From the NCBI GenBank assembly GCA_010909165.1, contig MU008181.1, positions 806,001 through 870,000 of the forward strand: a stretch of 64,000 bases of DNA, in the 5' to 3' direction. This stretch comes from Anthoceros angustus. Its lineage: Eukaryota; Plantae; Anthocerotophyta. The translations under genes and the position numbers were made by a program. Each line of letters opens with the position of its first letter. The first letter of the stretch is position 1. Shown here piece by piece: positions 25,201-36,907 of the stretch. The notes beneath the pieces were generated by a model that was not told the origin of the DNA, did no database searches, and saw nothing but the letters and a program-made list of their open reading frames with translations.

Positions 25201-26410
25201 GCCCTCCAGCCTCCCCGCCGCCTCCTTCTACCTCCTGCACTGCCTCGAGGTCCCCGATTTCCCGTGCTGGCCTCCCAGACGGCTCGTCTGCTTGCTCACC
25301 GCCGCCGCCTTCGATTGGCCGTGGCTACCCGCCTCCCTCCACCGGCCCGATCACGCCGATAGTGATCGCGATCGGCCTGCCGTGGCTTCCGCCTCCTTGG
25401 CCACCTTCACCGAGCCTCCAGCCTTGGCTCGTCGGGCCGCCCGCCAGTCCCGCCCGCCTCCGCTTGCGCCCGGCCTCTTCCGCCTCGCCAAGGCCACTCC
25501 GCCGCCTCAGAGGTCCCCGCTGGCCTCCTAGCTCGCTTCACTGCCTCCACTGAAGGAATTTAGTCCGTCCTGCGGATGGACCAGATTCCTCCTCGCCTCC
25601 CGCTTCCTTCTCAATCCGCCGAGAGCTTCCTTCCTTCGCCTCCCGGCCCTCCAACTGCTCCTGGAGGAGTACCATGCGCCTCCGGGTGGCTTCTACCTCC
25701 TGGGTCTTCTCGGCCATCCCGCAGAGACCCCAAAGCATACCGTCCATGACGGTAGCCAGGACCCGCCGTGTTTCTTCCACGGCCGCCACTGGTGAGGCTC
25801 CCACAAAGTCCGTAGCGGGAGCCGGCATTTCACGGTCCGCCAGGGACCTCCATACCGCTGTCCGGAGTAAGTCCGGACTGGGTTCTCCGGACCTAATCAG
25901 GACCCTTAGGTCCTGAGTGCTGAGCTCCGGAGCTTCACCCTCCTTGGCCCTTTTGGCCGCGAGCTCCTTCTCCGCCCTTTTTCTCCCTGGGCCTGAGGAG
26001 GTGAGGGGTCCGGAGCAAGCCCTTTTGCCCCTTCCGCCGGCGACAGACTGCTCCGGTGCGGCCGCTGCCTGTCCTCTCGCCTCGGCCCCTTCGCCTCCTT
26101 ACCGCTTCCTCCGCTTGCAAGGGTAAGGGTACCGGCACCGCCTCGAGGGTGCCGCAGGCTGCCTTGCGGCCTCTTCCTCCCGGTCCGCGGGCTCACCGTG
26201 GTTGTGGCCGTGGCGGGCTGGTCGGGCCGCCTCGGCCGCCCCTGCACTGTGAGGAGGGAAGGGAATTTCTTCCCATACTGGGTGGTGAGGGGTCCGCTCT
26301 GCACGATGGAGTCCGGAATCCTCCCCCGCCCTCCTCCCGGTCCGCCCTCGGCACCGGGCGCCCTTGCCCGCCCACTTCCCAGTAGGCCTCCATTTTCCCG
26401 AGCGCCCGCT
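22213..26410 (-). repeat. Two diverged tandem copies (about 22213-24330 and 24331-26410) of a degenerate TE-like ORF rich in coiled-coil and proline
   Basis: Colinear blocks, e.g. AIQQVDSDFAYYH at about 22370 and 24465, and ATDFVGAS...MAEKTQEVEATR at about 23600 and 25700; many frameshifts. Confidence 0.65.
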
Positions 26411-28182
26411 CTCCCTCCTTCAGAGTTTCAAATGTCCCCATACATGGATCGGGTATGGGGGCGGCCCAGATGGCGAGGCTTCTCGGTCTGCTTGCGGGCC
26501 TCGACTAAACCGGCGAAGATAATCCTTCCCAGTCCGCCCTCTTCCCACCCGGCGCGCGGGAATAGCGGGTTATCACCAAGGTGATCCACCTTGGTGAGCA
26601 GTTCCAATGGACAATGATCCGGCTACCGCCCTTACTCATTGTCGATGGTCGGATATCGGCCGGCGTTGGTGGTCCTCTGCGTCGAGCCTCGACGCCGCGT
26701 TGCCGGCCCTATCTTCCCGCCTTGAGGGGCTCGGCACCCTCCCCTTCTTCCTCCTTTGGGCGGTTGTAGGCCGCCTCGGGACCTCAAGGTCCATCGCCTC
26801 GGGTCCTCCGGAGGTTCTTGGACCGCACCTCCTTGTTGACCGCCGCCAAGATCTTCCGGCGAACTCCCGGACCCGAGTGACTGTCGAGCGTCGGGCAATG
26901 CGGAACACATCCAGTGCCACTCCTCCACTAATTCTCCGCTTCCTCCGGCCGGGCCCAAAGTCCGGATAGCGCCGGTCACAATGTTGCGCTCCACGAGGTT
27001 CCATGGCTCCCAAACTTCATGAGCTTTTGGGTGCCATCGCCTTCTCCTCCCTTTATTCTTGTGGCGCTTCGGAGACCGGCGCGTCGCCCTTCGCGTTCGC
27101 TCCAACCTCAGCGGTGGCCGCGCGATGTCGTCCGAGATGCGCCCGAGCGGGTGCGGGCGCAAGGCTGCGGTGTCTCGGCTGCGGAGGCCTTCCCCCGGCG
27201 CGCCGAGTAACGGCGGGGGCGGGCGCCTCTTCCTGTCCGTAGCGCGGTGCGCGCATGGCTTATTGACCTTACGCCTGCCTTTTGCACCGCTACGCGCGCG
27301 CGGTCGCGGGCGTGAATACTGCCTGCGGCCCTTGGCGAGCTACGGTCCTAGCCAGCGCATGCCCGACCTCCACTCGTCCGCGTGGCGCCGCCTAGTCCGT
27401 CCTCACGACTCACTTCTAAGTTACTTTCCCGGGCGTACTTATCACGCTTGGACTGGGTAGTCCGGACTTATCCGTTGCCGCGTAGTCCGGTACATCATAA
27501 TAGGTCGAGTCACATTGCCCATCCAGCGATCCGGAATATACTCCGGGGCTGCGATCTGGCTATCCGTGCTTATTCCTCCTTTTTCCGCCTTATTTTATCC
27601 TTCGCTCCTACAAAAAAAACAAAACCCTACTTATTTCTTAACCCCCAAGGGAAGTCCGTAGTCCACAGCTGGTATTGGGCGCAGGCACTCATCAGGGAGC
27701 GGGCGCCCAGATCGGTTCAGGTGGGAGGCCCGGATCTGGCTCAGCGCGTGTGGAGGGAGCAGGCGCGGGCGTGGGGATCATCGGGGGCGCATACACAACG
27801 GGCGCCGAGCTCGCGGGAGGCGCGGCCTGGTACAGCGCGGGCGCCAGATCCGACCGCCGCCGACGGCACTGCATCCATCGCGAGCACAAGCCCGGCGGGC
27901 GGTCGCGGCGTGGAGGTCGCGGGGCTGAAGTCCGAGGCAGGGGAGGGTGCAGTGCAGGCGGGCGCGGTGGGGATGGCGCGTGTCGGCCACGGGCGAGAGA
28001 TTCAGCGTGGCGCTTGCGCCGCAGGCCGGAGCCCGAGGTTCCCGCCCGGGCTCTCGAACGGGCACGGCGCACAGAGTGCGGTAGGTGCCGTGGATCGGGG
28101 GCCGACCAACCGGTGCCCCGTGCACCGTGCAGGGGGCCCGCCCATCCCTTACTTTTCATTCTTTCGCAAGACTCAGACGGAC

Positions 28183-28252
28183 GCGCCAACGGGAATCGAA
28201 CCCACGACCTGCAGCCCCAAGAAGCAAGACCCAACCACTACACCAACTCACT
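28183..28252 (-). other. tRNA-derived (SINE-head-like) Pol III A/B-box module
   Basis: A box TGGTGTAGTGG (28245-28235) and B box GGTTCGATTCC (28202-28192) at tRNA-like spacing; no complete acceptor stem. Confidence 0.5.
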
Positions 28253-28583
28253 TTGGTTACATGTGAAAGGTCTTCGCCTAGATTTAACCTGGTTTTAGCA
28301 GAAGACTGAAGCCACGTACATTACAAAAAAAAAAGGGAAGAAAAAGAGGAAGCAAGCCCCGGCGGAGCGAAAGGAGAAAGAAAGGGAGGGGAGAAACCAA
28401 CAAAAAAGAAGAAGAAAAGAAGACACAACAAGGGAGAACTCTCACAGAAGAAATCAAGAGTAAGCGGAGAGGGATACTCACTTCCTCCGAGATATCTGTC
28501 GGCACTTATGGAGGATGGACCCTTGAGACTCGTGATGGCGTGAGGTGGGCACTCTAGGCTATTACACCGCCCGCGACGAGCTC

Positions 28584-29883
28584 ATGGATCCGTCCACCGT
28601 CTGCGCCCGAATAAGCGGGCAGAGCCGGAGCGAGGAGCGATCGCCTCCTAGGCCCGTCTTTTATGACCACAAGTTACAACTCCCTTGTGGACCAGCCGAT
28701 CCAGTTGAGCTCACTCTCTTTGAACACGCCAACGAGGATGGCGGCGGGACCTCGACTGACCCCGGTGCCATACCCATCTTCACCGACCACATCAAGGAGA
28801 AAGACCGGTTCAACGGCCAGATTATCCAAGATGGCGAGTCCGGATGAAGTCGACCCTCATCGGCGGCGTTTGGAAGATAGTTGACTGGCTACCCAAAGCG
28901 ACCCCTACAACTCCTCCTCCCTCTGCAGCAGATATCGAGAAGTGGGAATACGTAAACGGAATTGCAGTGGCACTCCTGATCAGCGGACTTGACTCAAGCC
29001 TGGTGCCCAGCGTGGAGTTCCTTACAGAGGCTTCTGCCATCTGGGACCAGCTATCAAACACGTACAACGTTAACAATGTTCTAACCTTGTACAGTGTGCG
29101 ACAGGAATTCAACGCCCTCAAGATGAAGGAGTCAGATACGGTGGCGGCTCACACATCTAAGTTCCGGCAGTTGCGAGGGCAGCTAGCCTCTCTCGGCTCA
29201 ACGATGACCGAGGCTGACGCCGCCGCTCAACTCCTAATGAGTCTCCCGGATTCTTACCAACATTTCGTCACCAGCCTGATGCTGATGGCGACCCGCGGCA
29301 CCACCGGCTCAACCTCCTCTCTGACAGTGGAGGACATCATCGGCTCAGACGCGGAGCGGCGCCACCTCGGCCTGCAGGAGGGTCCAAGCCCGATGCAGAC
29401 AGAGCGCTCCACCGTTTCAAGCCGGGAGGAATTGAAGGGCAAGGCGAATTTCACCCCTAAAGGTGACTCAACCTCGCGCCTCGCCGAGCCGAACCGGTGC
29501 GGCTGAAGCCGGCTCTCCGGTGACGAGAGTGCCGCAAGAAAGAGGCCGAGAGCAGTGACCGGTGCAGCGCGGCTTGAGGGAACGCCAACACAACAAAGGC
29601 AAGGACCGTGAAGATACTTACGGTTTGCCTCAACACCCAGTTGCATCAGGATGCGGGGTGGTACCTGGATAGTGGAGCCACCGCCCACGTATGCAAAGAT
29701 CATGCTCTATTCACCAAGCTGGACACTTGCCCTCTGGAGGAAAGAGTGTTACTTGGTGATGAACATAGCAGAACCAGCCTGCCAATCATGGGACAAAGCA
29801 CTTGCGAACTTCCTCTGAAGGATGGTTTGGCCACCTTGGAGCTGTGCTCCCGTCCCATAAATAGGCGAGAACCGTGTCTATGA
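28584..29883 (+). pseudogene. Copia gag (UBN2/Retrotran_gag_2-like) and aspartic protease, frameshifted; no INT/RT/RH follows
   Basis: RFNG-(NYP)RWRVRMKSTL, ASAIWDQLSNTY, LKMKESDTVAAH...LLMSLPDSYQHFVTSL; protease WYLDSGATAHVC at about 29659. Confidence 0.85.
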
Positions 29884-30173
29884 CTCACCAAAGGAAGGCG
29901 ATCTCGAGATGCTTGATTCAAGGAGTCATGTCGCTTTTCAGGACAACAAATCGACTTGGGCCTCTTCACGGTAGTGCCTCAAGACGGCTGTGCAGCTCTC
30001 ATTCACCGTGAGTGGACCCACGCCACCCTCTGGTAACTGGCATCCCTCTGACTGCCGGAGAGACTTAGCTCTGAGGAGCGGCGCCAGGAGCGCCGCTCCA
30101 TGGAAGAAAGTCTCCACCAGGTCGTTACCCTTAAGAGGGAGTGTAGCTTAGGTTATGTTACCCTTAAGAGGAG

Positions 30174-30346
30174 TGTTAAGTTTAGTAAGAGTTACATAAC
30201 CCTAGCCAATAGTCAAAGTGAGTTAGGCTAACCTAGCTCACGAGCCCTACGAAGCCCGGTCCCATATAAAAGGGCCCTAACCTATGAATTTTCTAATCTT
30301 TTCTAATTCATGCTTCCGCTATATTCTATACATTAGGAAAGTTCAC
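30174..30346 (+). repeat. Additional copy of the Copia LTR, followed by the same GAAGA and flank
   Basis: Same LTR sequence and same downstream flank (gaagaccgtggcgcttgtgtcatttc) as after 31998. Confidence 0.85.
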
Positions 30347-30407
30347 GAAGACCGTGGCGCTTGTGTCATTTCAAGCAAAGTACAAATAGCCAAGTGCCCA
30401 TGATAAT

Positions 30408-32060
30408 GCTCACTCTCTTTGAACACGAGGATGGCGGCAGGACCTCGACTTGACCCGGTGCCATACCCATCTTCACCGCGACCACGCAAGGAGAAAGACC
30501 GGTTCAGCGGCATTATCCGATGGCGAGTCCGGATGAAGTCGACCCTCATCGGCGGCGTTTGGAAGATAGTTGTGGCTACCCAAAGCGGCCTACAACTCCT
30601 CCTCCCTCTGCGGATATCGGTAGAATACGTAAATGGAATTGCGGTGGCACTCGATCGTGGACTTGACTCAAGCCCGGTGCCCGGTGGAGTTCCTTACGAG
30701 GCTTCGCCGCCACGGGACCAGCTATCAAACACGCATAACGTTAACAATGTTCTAACCTTATGCGGTGTGCGGCGAATTCAATGCCCTCAAGATGAAGGAG
30801 TCGGTCGGTGGCGGCTCACACATCTAAGTTCCGGCGATTGCGAGGCTAGCCTCTCGGCTCAACGATGACCGAGGTCGACGCCCGCTCAACTCCTAATGAG
30901 TCTCCTGATTCTTACCAAGATTTCGTCACCCGGCCTTGATGGCGACCAGCACCACAGCTCAACCTCCTCTCGGCGGTGGAGGACATCGCCGGCGCTCGCG
31001 GGCGGCGCCACCTCGGCTCTAGGAGGGTCCAAGCCCGTCTGAGCAGGCGCTCCACCGTTTCAAGCGGGAGGAATTGAAGGGCAAGGCGAATTTCACCCCT
31101 AAAGGTGACTCAACCTCTGCGCCTCGCCGAGCCGGGAAGCGCAATTGGTGCGGAGCTCGGCCATTGGGCACGAGAGTGCCGCAGAGAGGCCAGAGGCAGC
31201 GACTTGTGACAGCCAGCGTTGCGGTTGAGGAACGCCAACACAACAAAGGCAAGGACCGTGAAGATACTTGCGGTTTGCCTCAACACCTGCATCGGGATGC
31301 GGGTGGTACTGGATAGTGGAGCCACCGCCCACATGCAAAGATCATGCTCTATTCACCAAGCCGACACTTGCCCTCGGAGGAAAGAGTGTTACTTGGTGAT
31401 GAACATATGAACCAGCACGCCAATCATGGGACAAAGCACTTGCGAACTTCCTCCGAAGGATGGTTTGGCCACCTTGGAGCTGTGCTCCCGTCCCATAAAT
31501 AGGCGAGGCTGGTGCTATGACCGGTTGCTAAGGAAGGCGATCTCGAGATGCTTGATTCAAGGGAGTCATGTCGCTTTTCAGACAACAAATCGACTTGGGC
31601 CTCTTCACGGTAGTGCCTCAAGACGGCTGTGCAGCTCTCATTCACCGTGAGTGGACCCGCCACCCTCACACTGGCATCCTCTGACTGCCGGAGAGACTTA
31701 GCTCGGAGGGAGGCGCCACGGAAGGCGTCGCTCCATGGAAGAAAGTCTCCACCGCTGGTCGTTACGTCCGACAGAGTCATAGCTTAGGTTATGTTACCCT
31801 TAAGAGAGTGTTAAGTTTAGTAAGAGTTACATAACCCTAGCCAATAGTCGGTGAGTTAGGCTAACCTAGCTCGTTAAGCGAAAGCAGTCCCCCTCGAAGG
31901 GTGCCCGGGTCCCATATAAAAGGGCCCCTAACCTATGAATTTTCTAATCTTTTCTAATTCATGCTTCCGCTATATTCTATACATTAGGAAAGTTCACAGA
32001 AGACCGTGGCGCTTGTGTCATTTCAGAAGCAAAGTACAAATAGCCAAGTGCCCATGATAA
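30408..32060 (+). repeat. Tandem duplicate of 28710-30407 (gag-PR, 3' LTR and flank), indel-rich
   Basis: Restarts at gctcactctctttgaacacg and is colinear through the LTR and flanking DNA. Confidence 0.8.
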
Positions 32061-32387
32061 TGATCAGGGAGAGCCGAAGAGAAGGACCAAGGTGGCTCAG
32101 CGAGATAAAGCAGCCACTTCTCCAGAGATGGAGGTGTATGACGCATCCACCACACAAAAGAAGAGAAGGCTCCGGAAGGGGGTCAGCGCGAATTTTGACC
32201 ATACCCTTCTCCTACATGCAATGCAACGAGTCCCAACGGGCATCATTGTCCCAAATGTTTGAGGGGTTCTAGAGTTTTGAAATACACAACTTTCACGAAA
32301 AGTGCACTTACTTTAAAATGACCAGATGGCAAATATAAGTGGATCATGCATATAATCTAGACAAATACGGTCCAAAAACCCATAGAG

Positions 32388-33288
32388 TATGGAATACCGA
32401 TCTCGATAGGAAGCCCTTTAGGGTTTTTTTCGATGGTGACAAAAGAAGTTATCCCGCTGCATACGGCGGGAAAACTTCTGGTGTCACACACTTGACGACA
32501 TCGGCCGCGGGCGCCTGCCCCTCGTGTCCCGATCTCGTCACTAAGCCTGTGGTGTGTGTGTGAAGATTCTTTTTAGGTTTTGACACACAAGGTTTTCTTT
32601 TTTAGGGCTGTCAGGGCATGGGCCATCGCACATCCATTCGCATGACCCCATCCGCCTGCTTTGCCATAAGGAAACCGTCACGTGCCTTATGGCGACAGCG
32701 TGGAGGAGCCATCGCCGAGCGCCACCGCCTTCGTATATGAGGCCTTTGTGGTCGTGCCCTGAGGCGCCATATGCGCCTCGCGCGCGCTTTCGCAGCCATC
32801 CAGCGTCGTGCATTTGGCGCCAAGCAGCCTCGGCGATAGCGCTAACATCTTCACACAAGCGGGCTTTACATTCGACCACAAGAAAGCCACCACCGGGCTC
32901 ACGTCTCAAAGGATGTAACACACCGGATCGAGCATGTTCGAGGCTAACATCCGGCCACGCGACGGTGAAAGGGAAACGCAGCCTTGAACGACTAGCATGG
33001 GCTTCCACCGGGGCAGACATGTCCGATCCGATATATATGTCCATGTGTGCAGGAAAACCCTAAATGAGTATGTGTGTTTGACATAAACCCTAAATGGCGA
33101 AAGAAAAGTGGATGACGAGATCGAACACGAGGGGCAAGTTCCAGACAAAAACTTTGTGGCGCCTGCCGCCGTGTTGATGTGGCGCGTATGTGATGAAGGA
33201 ATCTTGAAGATGCGCGAGCATCTTCATGTAGAATATCTAAGAAAAACTTGTCACACACACGGCTTAGTGACTAGATCGGTATTCCATA
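32388..33288. mobile_element. Non-autonomous TIR DNA element (about 900 bp)
   Basis: 16-bp TIR TATGGAATACCGATCT (32388-32403) / AGATCGGTATTCCATA (33273-33288); flanking direct repeat ATAGAG; internal inverted repeats gtcactaagcc/ggcttagtgac and ctcgtgt..gatctcgtca/tgacgagatc..acacgag. Confidence 0.6.
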
Positions 33289-34058
33289 ATAGAGTATGCA
33301 CACAACCTTAGAATACATAGCGTTCGCTTGACACTTTAAAATTCTAGTGTTTCTTCCAAAGGACACACGCGGTGGTCCCCAACTTTTAAACTCTCCCAAT
33401 CAAGCATGGCATATGCTTGCTACTAGCTACTTCACTCCTAGAACCAACTTCAACTTCCGCAAAGGAGTATGAAACAACTTTGAAGACCAGGCAATTACGG
33501 AGATTCGGGGCTTTGGCAGTTCTGGTGACAAGATGTTATATATACTTGGCTACCAGTTCACAAGAGGTAGATGCCACTCGATTCACATTCACAATTTTCA
33601 TCTTCATACTATCCAAAATAACGCCGCATAAAGGTTACCGTCCTTACAGACGTATTTCGTGATTTGACCGACAGGTGTACGCCGAGAACCCCGTGTATAG
33701 TCGTGCACCTCCCCACCTACACCAAAAGAGGTGCATTGTCCCTACTTCCGGATCTGTGCTGCTTCACGACTTCATCCGCGTGAGCAATCGCGTTTCATCG
33801 AGTGTGAGTACCGGTTCCTTCTGCGAATTTCGGGGCTGAGGGCTGGTCGTGAAGCTAATCTTTGTGTGACAGGGTAGACCGTAGGTGTTGCCCGGTGTGC
33901 CTGCTGTGGACGCTCGTGGAAATGGGTGTTCGTTACTGCCAGCTGTGGAGCTGCATTTGCTGGCAAAACGCAGCAGCTGGGGCTTGATTTCACCCTGGAT
34001 TTCTCGTTTGCAGGAGGAAGCGGGTGCAAGACAGGGCCGCAGATCGGAGTGGAGCAAA

Positions 34059-34806
34059 ATGAATGACGCAGATGTCGCCAAGCAGGTGCAGCAGATGGTG
34101 CACTTCATCCGGCAGGAAGCGGAGGAGAAGGCAAGCGAGATCGCCGTCTCTGCGGAAGAGGTGAGGGCTTAGGCGGATGATCGGCCCGCGTGGTGTGGCC
34201 TCTGTCCTGTTGTGTTGAGTTTTGAATGCACGAGTGGTTGGTGTTTTCAGGAATTCAACATCCATAAGTTGCAGCTAGTGGAGGCTGAGAAGCGGAAGAT
34301 CAAGCAGGAGTACGAGCGCAAGGAGAAGCAAGTAGAAGTTCGTCGGAAGATGTGAGGGTCTGAGAGCCTGCCCTGTTTTAGGTTAGGGAATGGCTTTGAA
34401 ATCTCATGACTCGTCGCGTCTCCAGTGAGTACTCTATGCAACTCAATCAGGCACGGCTGAAGGTTCTCCAAGCTCAGGATGACATCGTGCAGTCCCTGAA
34501 GGGGACGGTGGAGAAGCACCTGCAGGACGTCAGCTCTGACCATGAGCACTATGCGCATCTGCTTACGCAGCTTATTGTTCAGGTGCTCAATGTGCATGCC
34601 GTTCTGGTTGCCTCTTTACAAGATCGAACACCAGGTGAGGAATATGAAACCTTGCTGTTGTTTTGCCTCAGGGTCTCATCAGGTTGAAGGAACCCTCTGT
34701 TCTCTTGCTGCCAAGCTGATCTCGATCTGGTGGAGTCTGTCGTTGAGGCTGCCAAGGACAGTATGCTGAGAAGTTGCAGACTCATCCACCCGAAATTGTT
34801 ATTGAC
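34059..34806 (+). pseudogene. VHA-E: Truncated first copy of V-ATPase subunit E (ends in exon 4 at a tandem-duplication junction)
   Basis: Nearly identical to 35801-36552; sequence jumps back to the 33078 repeat start at about 34802. Confidence 0.75.
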
Positions 34807-35800
34807 ATAAACCCTAAATGGCGTAAAGAAAAGTGGATGACGAGATCGAACACGAGGGGCAAGTTCCGAGACAAAAAAACTTTGTGGCGCCTACGGCCCG
34901 TCGTTCGCTGATGTGGCGCGTATGTGATGAAGGAATCTTGAAGATGCGCAGGCATCTTCATGTAGAATACCGGAAGAAAAAAACTTGTCACACACACCCG
35001 GCTTAGTGACTAGATCGGTATTCCATAATAGAGTATGCAGACACAACCTTAGAATACATAGCAGTTCTGCTTGACACTTTAAAATTCTAGTGTTTCTTCC
35101 AAAGGACACACGCGGTGGTCCCCAACTTTTTAAACTCTCCCAATCAGCATGGCATATGCTTGCTACTAGCTACTTCACTCCTAGAACCAACTTCAACTTC
35201 CGCAAAGGAGTATGAAACAACTTTGAAGACCAGGCAATTACGGAGATTCGGGGGCTTTGGCAGTTCTGGTGACAAGATGTTATATATACTTGGCTACCAG
35301 TTCACAAGAGGTAGATGCCACTCGATTCACATTCACAATTTTCATCTTCATACTATCCAAAATAACGCCGCATAAAGGTTACCGTCCTTACAGACGTATT
35401 TCGTGATTTGACCGACAGGTGTACGCCGAGAACCCCGTGTATAGTCGTGCACCTCCCCACCTACACCAAAGAGGTGCATTGTCCCTACTTCCGGATCTGT
35501 GCTGCTTCACGACTTCATCCGCGTGAGCAATCGCGTTTCATCGAGTGTGAGTACCGGTTCCTTCTGCGAATTTCGGGCTGAGGGCTGGTCGTGAAGCTAA
35601 TCTTTGTGTGACAGGGTAGACCGTAGGTGTTGCCCGGTGTGCCTGCTGTGGACGCTCGTGGAAATGGGTGTTCGTTACTGCCAGCTGTGGAGCTGCATTT
35701 GCTGGCAAAACGCAGCAGCTGGGGCTTGATTTCACCCTGGATTTCTCGTTTGCAGGAGGAAGCGGGTGCAAGACAGGGCCGCAGATCGGAGTGGAGCAAA

Positions 35801-36907
35801 ATGAATGACGCAGATGTCGCCAAGCAGGTGCAGCAGATGGTGCACTTCATCCGGCAGGAAGCGGAGGAGAAGGCAAGCGAGATCGCCGTCTCTGCGGAAG
35901 AGGTGAGGGCTTAGGCGGATGATCGGCCCGCGTGGTGTGGCCTCTGTCCTGTTGTGTTGAGTTTGAATGCACGAGTGGTTGGTGTTTTCAGGAATTCAAC
36001 ATCCATAAGTTGCAGCTAGTGGAGGCTGAGAAGCGGAAGATCAAGCAGGAGTACGAGCGCAAGGAGAAGCAAGTAGAAGTTCGTCGGAAGATGTGAGGGT
36101 CTGAGAGCCTGCCCTGTTTTAGGTTAGGGAATGGCTTTGAAATCTCATGACTCGTCGCGTCTCCAGTGAGTACTCTATGCAACTCAATCAGGCACGGCTG
36201 AAGGTTCTCCAAGCTCAGGATGACATCGTGCAGTCCCTGAAGGGGACGGTGGAGAAGCACCTGCAGGACGTCAGCTCTGACCATGAGCACTATGCGCATC
36301 TGCTTACGCAGCTTATTGTTCAGGTGCTCAATGTGCATGCCGTTCTGGTTGCCTCTTTACAAGATCGAACACCAGGTGAGGAATATGAAACCTTGCTGTT
36401 GTTTTGCCTCAGGGTCTCATCAGGTTGAAGGAACCCTCTGTTCTCTTGCGCTGCCGCGAAGCTGATCTCGATCTGGTGGAGTCTGTCGTTGAGGCTGCCA
36501 AGGGACAGTATGCTGAGAAGTTGCAGACTCATCCACCCGAAATTGTTATTGATCACACAATATATCTGTCAGCTGCACCAAAATGGTAGAGCTTTTGGTG
36601 CTTTATCACAGTGTCGCACAATACCCCACGGCTGAATTTGTTGACGGAGGTTTAAGTCTGTTGGATGTGGCAGTGCTGGAGGAGTAGTGCTTGCAAGTAA
36701 GGATGGCAAAATTGTGCTCGAAAACACCTTGGACGCAAGGTTGGAGATCGTCTTCAAAAATCAGCTTCCGGAGGTGTGGTTTGGTTTCGGTCGTTCTCTG
36801 CTTTGTCACGATTATTGTGATGCAGTGGCAGCTGACTGACATCACATTTTAATACGTGGCAGGTCCGCAAAAGATTGTTTCGGGGTACCACACTCTCTGG
36901 TGCCTAA
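35801..36907 (+). CDS. VHA-E: V-type proton ATPase subunit E (6 exons)
   Basis: [38 protein letters not shown]...EYERKEKQVEVRRKIEYSMQLNQARLKVLQAQDD...LLRCREAD...GGVVLASKDGKIVLENTLDARL...LPEVRKRLF. Confidence 0.96.

Larger units (their letters stand above)
11085..31998 (+). mobile_element. Ty1/Copia-type LTR retroelement, non-autonomous (gag + protease only), with about 17 kb of nested/cargo sequence
   Basis: Near-identical TG...CA LTRs at 11085-11277 and 31809-31998; 5-bp TSD GAAGA (11080-11084 and 31999-32003); PBS TGGTATC(A)GAGCC at 11278; purine tract ttaagag(g)gag before the 3' LTR. Confidence 0.88.

Noticed and set aside
27382-28266. 294-aa and overlapping ORFs
   Set aside because: GC-rich low-complexity TE interior, open in several frames, non-ATG start, no motifs.
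32539-33269. CACTA element (CACTAAGCC...GGCTTAGTG)
   Set aside because: No 3-bp TSD (CGT versus ACT), and the inverted repeat extends beyond CACTA as part of a larger TIR element.
34059-34806. A genuine second VHA-E paralogue
   Set aside because: Nearly identical to the complete copy including introns, and truncated exactly at a suspected misassembly junction.
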